Below, in pieces: positions 43,601 through 52,600 of a DNA stretch of 64,000 nt. Origin of the DNA: Gammaproteobacteria bacterium (GTDB taxonomy: Bacteria > Pseudomonadota > Gammaproteobacteria > JADZEE01); assembly GCA_050183625.1 (NCBI GenBank), contig JBFXBD010000014.1, forward strand, positions 14,545 to 78,544. The letters are read 5' to 3'. Within the stretch, counting starts at the first letter, position 1, and every line of letters starts with the position of its first letter. The translations under genes and the position numbers were made by a program. The notes under the pieces were generated by a model that saw only the letters and a program-made list of their open reading frames with translations, made no database searches and was not told the origin of the DNA.

Positions 43601-46600
43601 TGCTGGTTGATCGTCACGGTGGTTCCGGCCTGGACCGTCGCGCCGGCATCGATCAGCACGCCCGCCGTCGGTACGGTGGCGGTGGGGTCGAAGATATCCG
43701 AACCGGTCATGAGCAGCGAACTGCCGGCGAGCACCTGTCCCGCGGGCTTCACCCAGATTCCGCCGCTGCCGTCCGGCGCACCGCCGACCGTGGGCCCGTC
43801 CTGGCCGTTGTCCGCGAGCAGTTGCAGGCTCGACCCGCCGGTCGTCTGCACGATTGCGTTGATGATGATGTCGCGGTCGGCGGCGATGCCGAAATTCACG
43901 TTCTGGATGACGTTGGCGTTGATGACGACGTCGTCGCCCGCGCCGTTCAGCGTGATGTTGCCGCTGCCGACCGAAGGATTCACGTTCAGCGTGATGCCGC
44001 CGCCGCCCAGCGTCAGCGTGCCGGTGGCTGCGCCCTGGGTGGTGAGCTGGCCGTTCACCGCAATGGAGGTCGCCGACACGGTGATGTCGCCCGTGGTCGT
44101 AATCGCCTGGCTCAGGTCCTCGGCGCCGGCGCTCGCGATCGTGAACGAAGCCAGCGGCGTCGTGCCGCCGACCGCGCCGGTGAACTGCACGACCCCCGTT
44201 CCGGCCGTGAGCGTCAGCGCCTGCGCGCCGTCCACGGTCCCGAGGACGATGTTCTTGTTCGAGGAAGTGATGCTCACCGCCCCGCCCGAGAGCTTGGTCG
44301 GGCCGAACGTCATCTGGTTGAAGCCGGTTCCGGTCCAGGTCAGGCCGTCGAGCTGAACGTTCGCCAGCGCGGTGGCGGTGTCGCCCGTCGCGAGCGTCAC
44401 GTTGTCCTCGAAGCGCAGCGTCGTTCCGGCGCCGCCGACGATCCCGGAATTGGCGCCGAAAGTACCCTGGAGGCTCACCAGCCCGGTGACGCCTGCCGCC
44501 ACGTCCAGGGCGGCGCCCGTGCCGCTGCCGAGATTGCTCACGGCACCGGCAACCGTCGTCGTTCCGGCGCCGATCCCGGCCACCAACGCCAGGTTCTGGC
44601 CGCCGCCCGCGATCGACGCGATCTGGATATTGCCGCCGTTGGAGTTCAGGGTGACCGCGGCGCCGGAGAGCGTGGTGGCGCCGAAGTCGATGCCGTCGAA
44701 GCTCGACCAGTTCAGGCCGTCCAGGCGCACCGTGCCGGCAATCGCGGTCGCGGTGTCACCGTCGGCGAGCGTCACGTCGCCGTCGAAGCGGAACTGGCTG
44801 GTTGCGCCGGGCGCGGAAATGCCCGAGGTGCCGGCGAGCGTGTTCTGGAACCGCACCAGCCCGGTGACGCCGTTGGCCACCGTGAGCGCGGCACCGGTGC
44901 CGCTGCCCAGGCCGGTGACCGCGCCGGTGAAGGTGGTCGTGCCGGAACCCACGCCTGCGGCCAGCGTCAGGTTCTGGCTGCCGCCGGTGAGCGAGGCGAT
45001 GGAGATGTTGCCGCCGTTGGAATCGAGCGAGACGCTGCCGCCGGAGAGTGTCGTCGCGCCCAGGGTGATCCCGTCGAAGCTCGACCAGTTCAGCCCGTCG
45101 AATTGCACCGTCGCCAGGGTGGTCCCGGTGTCGCCATTGCCCAGGGTGACGTTGCCGTCGAAGCGCAGCGAGGTACCGGCGCCGGCGGTAATGCCCGAGG
45201 CGCCGGCGAGCGTGCTCTGGAACCGCACCAGGCCGGTGACGCCCGCCGCGACATTCAGCGCCGGGCCGGTACCGTCGCCGAGGTTCGTGACCGCACCGGT
45301 GAAGGTGGTCGTGCCCGCGCCGATGGCCGCGCTCAGCGCCAGGTCGTTGCCGCCCGCATCCAGCGTGCTGCCGAACAGGATGTTGCCGCCGGCGCTATTG
45401 AGCGCCACGGCGCCGGTGAAGGTCACCGCGCTCTGGAAGGTGATGTCGTCGGCCGTGGTGGTGATGTCCGCGGCGGTCGACACCGCGCCGGTGCCGTCCT
45501 GCAGGAAGGCGCCGTCCAGGGACATGTCCGCCGCCGCGGCGAGCGCGAGCGTACCGCTGTTGGTGAACGTCACCGTGCCGTTGCCGGCGGTCGCAATCGA
45601 CTGGCTGACCGTGATGTCGCGCGCGGTGACTGCGAGGTTCTGGATCTTGGTGCCGTTGCCGATCTTGCCGCTGAAGGTCACGTCGCCCTTGCCCGCCTTC
45701 ACGGTCAGGCCCTGCGCACCGGCCGCGGTGGCGTCGATCGCACCGGTGAAGCTTGCGTTGCCGCCGCCACCGACGCCGTCATCGGTGTTCACGGTGACCG
45801 GATTGATGCCGAGCTTGGTGGTCGTCGCGTCGACCGTGGCCGCGCCACCGCCCGATACGAGGTTGCCGTTCAGCGTGATCGTCGTCGCCTTGAGCCCGAT
45901 CGCGCCGCCGCCGGTGTTGATGCCGCCAGCCGCGATGGTCAGGGTGTTGGGACTGCGAAGCTGGATCGCGCCGTTGCCGGTGCTGGTCGCGGTGACCTGC
46001 GAGCCATTGGCGAGATCCAGGAAGGCATCGCCCGGCCCAGGGCCGCGGATGTTTCCGCCCGCGCTCAGCGTGATGAGGCCGCCGGCAGTGATGTCGGTCG
46101 TGGTGTCGTCGGCATCGTCGAGGATGTCGCCCGCGGTGGCGGTGACGTTGACGGTGCCGGTGGTGGAGATCGCGCCGATGAGCGCGTTGGCCGCCTGCTG
46201 CACCAGCGCGACGTTGCCGGCGCCGCCGGTGGCGACGTTCCAGGTCGTGTTGCCTACCCCGCCGGTCGAGGTGACCGCGACGTCGTTGCCGCCGGTACCG
46301 GTGATGGTCAGTGCACCGACGTTGACGATGAGGATGCCGTCCGCGTTGTTGGTGCCGTGCCCCACGTCGGGGTTGGTATCGGTATTGTCGATGCCGATCG
46401 TCCCCGCCGAGGTCAGGGTCAGCGTGCCGCTGGTCTGGAACGCCACGCCGCTGCTGTTGTCGCGGATGAGGCCGTTGGCGGCGTTCAGCGTCAGGTTCTG
46501 CCCGCCGCCGCCGAAGGCCGGCGCGGTGCGGTCGATGACGATGTCGCCGCCCGTCACGTTCACGGTGATGTTCTGCGACGAGAACAGCGCCGCCATCTCC

Positions 46601-49600
46601 GCGTCGTCGAAGGCACGCGGCTGGCCGACGCCGGAGCCCACGCGCGGCGCCGAGCGCGGCGGGCCGGTGATCGCGTCCGTGCCCAGGAGCACGTCGCCGA
46701 CGAAGTTCAGTGTCAGGTTCGCGCTGATGATCTGCGGAATGCCGGTGATCGTGTTGTTGTCCAGGTAGTCGGCGCTGCCGTCCATGAAGACGTTGTCGAC
46801 GCTGACCGAACCGGCCGCCGCGCGCAGCACCGAGTTCACTGCATCACCGAGCGGATCGCCGGGCGTGGGGATGTGGCTCGGAGGAATGCCGGGGGTGCGC
46901 TGGCCGTCGTTGAGCACGGTGAAGCCGCCGGTGGCGACGTCGGTGACGATATTGCCGGTATCCGCCTGCACGGCGCGCTCGGCGACGTTGTAGCCGGGAT
47001 TGCCGACCACGTTCGTCGTCGTCGAGCCCAGGTTCGGCAGGCCGGTGGTGACCACGGCGATGTTCGCGTTCAGGGCCGTGCTGGTCAGGACGATGTTGCC
47101 CGCCTGCGCCAGGATGTTCGATTCGATCCAGATCGAGTAGTTGTTCGCATCCGTGCCGGCTTGGGAGCCGCCCGCCGACACGTTCATGGCGTCGGTCACC
47201 GCCTGCCCGCGCAGGATGATGTCGCCGCCGGCGGAATCCGTCGGGCCGCCGGGGTTGAAATCTCCGATTTCCACGCCAAGTTCAATGAACCCGGACGCCG
47301 TGGCCGCGAGCGAGTTGGCGATGAAGGCGTCGGCCGTCAGCGCCAGGTTCTGCTTGATGGTATCGGCGATGCTGATGCTGAAGTTCTTGACCGTGGTGAT
47401 CTTGACGTCGCCCAGCGGTTGGACGGTACCGACCCTGGCGCTGAAGGTCACGTTGCCGCTGCCGGCGCCGACCGTCAGGTTGCGTGTGAAAGGCGCGTCC
47501 CCGTCCACCGTGCCGCCGCTGGCGAACAGCAGGTTGTTGTCGGTGGCGCCGTCGGTATCGACGGTGACGTTCTGACCGAGCACGACGCCACCGGTGAAGG
47601 TCAGCGTGTTGCCGCCCTGGTCGTCGACCTGGAGGGTCTGCGCCGCGGCGGCGTTGAAGTTGATGGTCTTGGCGGTGGCGTCCAGGTCGGCCAGCGCGCC
47701 ATTGCCCCCGGTGCCGACGTTGCCGGAGAAGTTCACCGTGCCGCCCGACGCGCTGACGCTCAGCGTCCGGTCGTTGACCGTGCTGTCGTCTGCATTCACC
47801 GTCGAGGTGAACGAGACCGTGCCGCCGTTGTTCGAGTTGACCTGGACGGCGCCCCCGAGGACCAGCGGCCCGTTGAAGGCGACCGTGCCGCCCGTGCCGG
47901 TGGTCGTTCCGGCGCCGCCGGAGGCGTCAATCGTGCCGGATACCACGGCGATGTTCGGGCCTGCGTCGATCGTGATCGCGCCGCCGTTGCCGCCGGCGGC
48001 ACCGGTGCCGTCGCCGCCAATCGCGGTCGCGTTTGCCACTCCAATCGTGCCGACGGCGGCGGTCAGGCTGATGGTGCCGGCCGCGAATCCCGCACCGGCG
48101 CCATTGTCGGCGCCGCTGGCATCGATGCTGCCCGTGAGGACGAGATCGCTCGCCGCGCCCGTGGCCGCGATGGATATCGAGCCTCCGGCGCCCGCCCCGA
48201 CCGATTCGATCGTGTTGCCGGCATTGGCGATGTCGCCGGCGGCGGTGATCGTAATCGCACCGCCCGCGGTATGGATGCCACCCGCGCCGACGTTCAACGC
48301 ACCCAGGCCGCGCAGCCGGATCAGCCCGCCGGTGGAAGACGCCGTCACGGAGGAACCCGCCGCGAGGTCGAGGAAGTCGTCGGCAAATGCCTGGCCGTCG
48401 ATGTTTCCGCTCGCGGACAGCGTGATCAGGCCACCGGCCGTGATGTCGGCGATCGTGTCGCTCGCGTGGTCGCTGATGGTCCCGGCAGCCGCGGTCACGG
48501 ACACCGTGCCGGTGGAATCGATGCGCTGGATGAGCGCGTTCGCGGCCGACTGCGTGATCGTCACCGCGCCGACCGCGGCGGTGACGCCGATGTCGTAGGT
48601 AGTGTTTCCGACCGAACCGACGTCGGTCATGAACACCGCCTGGCCACCACTGTCGAACACGCTGACGGCGCCGACGTCGACCGTCAGCGGATTGCCCCCG
48701 GTACCGATGGCACCCGCGTTGGTCTGCATCAACAACTGCCCGCTCGCCGATACGGTCTGGAACGCGGTACCGACACCCGCATCGGTAATCGTCTTGCCGG
48801 CCGTCTCCGTAACCAGGAACAGGTTCTTGGCGAATGCCGTTGCGCGGTCGATGATGATATTGCCGGCGACGGCGATGATCTTGATGGTGGGCTGGACGCT
48901 CGCGCTCGCCGCCAGCGCGTCCATCTGCAGATCCGTCAGGGTGATGGTCGCCGTCGAATCATCGCCCAGATGGACGTCGCCGGTCTTGAACTCGCGCGTG
49001 AATACGCTGGAGACAATCTGCGGGAACTTGATGTCGTCGAGCTTGTTGCCCAGGACGTAGTCGCCGTCGCCGCTAAGACGGACTTCCGTCAGCACACCGC
49101 CGTTGGCGACCAGCCGCGTGTTCTTGCCCTGGTTCGCCAACGTCGAAGCACCGACATTGGCATCCTCGAGGCGCACCCGCGCGCTGCTGCCAAGCAGCGA
49201 AATCGTGATATTGCCGTTGCCTGCGGTGACGTCCCGGTTTTCCGGCAGATCGCCGGCGCCGCCGGCCCCTGCGCCCGTCATGCCGGTGACCGAAACGCGC
49301 ACGTCGTTGCCGCTGCCGGTGGAGGTCAGGGCGATGTCGCCGTTCGTGGCCGTGATGCTGGCCTGGATCAGGATGGCGTCGGCGCCGCTGGCGCCGCTGG
49401 TGGTGAGATCCAGCGTGTTGCTGCCGTTGGTGCCGGTCAGTTGCACCGGCCCGCCCGTGCCGCCGGCGCCGCCGAAACGGACGAACCCGGTCAGCGTGCC
49501 GGACTTCAGGGTATTGGCGACGAATTTGTCGTCGATGAGCAGGTCGCGCCCGCTGCTGACGAGCACGTCGCCGAGCGCGACCGTCCCGCCCACCTCGCCG

Positions 49601-52600
49601 GCGACGCTGATGTCCCCGGTACCGGCCACGAGCGTCAGGTTCTGACCACCGTCGACCGTGCCCGTGAAGTTGATCGCGCCGTTGTTCGAAGTCAGCGTCA
49701 CCGCGCCGGAAGAGAGCGTCGTGTCACCGAAGCTGATGCCGTCGAAGCTCGACCACGCCAGGCCGTCGAACGTCACCGTCCCCGCCAGGGTCGTGCCGGT
49801 ATTGCCATTGCCGAGCGTGACGTCGCCGTCGAAGCGCACGGCGGATGTGGAGCCGGCAGCGGAGAGGCCGGAATTCGCTCCCACCGTGCCCTGGAAGCGC
49901 ACCAACCCGGTGACGCCGTTCGCCACCGTCAGCGCCGCGCCGGTGCCGTCGCCCAGGTTGGAAACATTGCCGGTTACCGTCGTGGTGCCGGACCCGACTC
50001 CGGCCGCCAGCGTCAGATCCCGGCTGCCGCCGTCGATCGACGCAATCTGAATGTTGCCGCCGTTGGAATCCAGCGTGACGTCCGCGCCCGAGAGCGTCAG
50101 CGCGCCGGTGGTCAGGCCATCGAAGCCCGACCAGGCCAGGCCGTCGAGCTGCACCGCAGCGAGCGTCGTGCCGGTGTCGCCATCGGTCAGGGTGACGTTG
50201 TCGTCGAAACGCAGGCTGGTCCCGGCCTGGGCATTGATGCCCGAATTGGCGCCGAACGTGCCCTGGAACCGCACCAGCCCGGTGACGCCGTTCGCCACCG
50301 TCAGCGCCGCGCCGGTGCCATCGCCCAGCGCGCTCACGTTGCCGGTCACCGTCGTCGTGCCGGCACCGATGCCGGCCGCCAGCGTCAGATCCCGGCTGCC
50401 GCCGGCGATCGAGGCAATCTGAATATTGCCGGCGTTGGAATTCAGCGAGACGTTGCCACCCGACAGCGTCAGCGCGCCGGTCGTGAGCCCATCGAAGCCC
50501 GACCAGGTCAGCCCGTCGAAGGTGACGGTGATGAGCGTCGTGCCCGTGTCGCCGTCGGCCAGCGTCACGTCGTCGTCGAAGCGCATGATCGTGCCGGCCT
50601 GGGCCGTGATGCCCGAGTTGCCGCCGAACGTGCCCTGGAACCGCACCAGACCGGTGACGCCGTTCGTCACCGTCAGTGCCGCGCCGGCGCCATCGCCGAG
50701 GTTGGCGACGTTGCCGGTCACGGTCGTCGTGCCGGCAGCGATGCCGGCCGCCAGGATCAGATCCCGGCCGCCGCCTGCGATCGAGGCGATTTGAATATTG
50801 CCGCCATTGGAATCGAGCGTGACGTCCCCGCCCGACAGCGTCAGCGCACCGGTGGTCAGGCCGTCGAAGCCCGACCAGGCCAGGCCGTCGAGTTGCAGCG
50901 CGGCGACCGACGTCGCGGTATCGCCATCGGCCAAGGTGACGTCGCCATCGAAGCGCAGGCCGGTCCCGGCCTGGCCATTGATGCCCGAGTTGGCGCCGAA
51001 CGTGCCCTGGAACCGCACCAGCCCGATGACGCCGTTCGTCACCGTCAGCGCCGCGCCGGTGCCATCGCCCAGGTTGGATACATTGCCGGTCACCGTCGTG
51101 GTGCCGGACCCGACTCCGGCCGCCAGCGTCAGATCACGCCCACCACCGGCGATCGAGGCGATCTGAATGTTCCCACCGTTGGAGTTCAGCGTGACGTCGC
51201 CGCCCGAGAGCGTCAGCGCGCCGGTGGTCAGGCCATCGAAGCCCGACCAGGCCAGGCCGTCGAGTTGCACGGCGTCCAGCGTCGTGCCGGTGTCGCCATC
51301 GGTCAGGGTGACGTTGTCGTCGAAGCGCAGGCTGGTCCCGGCCTGGGCATTGATGCCCGAATTGGCGCCGAACGTGCCCTGGAACCGCACCAGCCCGGTG
51401 ACGCCATTGGCCACCGTCAGCGCCGCGCCGGTGCCATCGCCCAGCGCACTCACGTTGCCGGTCACCGTCGTCGTGCCGGCACCGATGCCGGCTGCCAGCG
51501 TCAGATCCCGGCTGCCGCCGGCGATCGAGGCAATCTGAATATTGCCGGCGTTGGAATTCAGCGAGACGTTGCCACCCGACAGCGTCAGCGCGCCGGTCGT
51601 GAGCCCATCGAAGCCCGACCAGGTCAGCCCGTCGAAGGTGACGGTGATGAGCGTCGTGCCCGTGTCGCCGTCGGCCAGCGTCACGTCGTCGTCGAAGCGC
51701 ATGATCGTGCCGGCCTGGGCCGTGATGCCCGAGTTGCCGCCGAACGTGCCCTGGAACCGCACCAGACCGGTGACGCCGTTCGTCACCGTCAGTGCCGCGC
51801 CGGCGCCATCGCCGAGGTTGGCGACGTTGCCGGTCACGGTCGTCGTGCCGGCAGCGATGCCGGCCGCCAGGATCAGATCCCGGCCGCCGCCTGCGATCGA
51901 GGCGATTTGAATATTGCCGCCATTGGAATCGAGCGTGACGTCCCCGCCCGACAGCGTCAGCGCACCGGTGGTCAGGCCGTCGAAGCCCGACCAAGCCAGG
52001 CCGTCGAGTTGCAGCGCGGCGACCGACGTCGCGGTATCGCCATCGGCCAGGGTGACATCGCCGTCGAAACGCAGGCTGGTACCGGCCTGGCCATTGACGC
52101 CCGAGTTTGCGGCGAACGTGCCCTGGAACCGCACCAGCCCGGTGGCACCGTTCGCCACCGTCAAGGCCGCGCCAGCGCCGTCGCCGAGATTGGTGACATT
52201 GCCGGTCACCGTCGTCGTGCCGGCACCGATCCCGGCCGCCAGCGTCAGATCGTGCGGTCCGGTCAGGGTCGACTGGAAGGCGATGCTGCCGCCGCCGCTG
52301 TTGATCGACAGGGAGGTCGCGAGCACCACCGGCGCCGAGAACGTGATATTGCCCGTAGTGGCGATGTTGCCGTTGAGCGTCGCCGTGCCGGTCGCGCCTG
52401 CGCCCTTGCCCGTGGTCGTGACCGACAGGCCGGTCAGCGCCGCTGGTGTACCGACCGCACCCAGGGTGACGTTGCCGCCGTCTTCGTCGGCGTCGGCGCT
52501 GTCGGCGCTGGTATCGATCACCAGCGTCTGCGCGCCGCTGACTGCCGAGGTACCGAACAGCACGTCGCCGGCCGCGGTCGTACCGGCGGCCGCATCGGTA

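Noticed and set aside
44230-52252. Regular 372-nt tandem repeats considered as a CRISPR array or a non-coding satellite.
   Set aside because: The repeats are contiguous with no unique spacers and far longer than CRISPR repeats. They are in frame within one continuous ORF, and variation concentrates at a few codons. They are protein modules.
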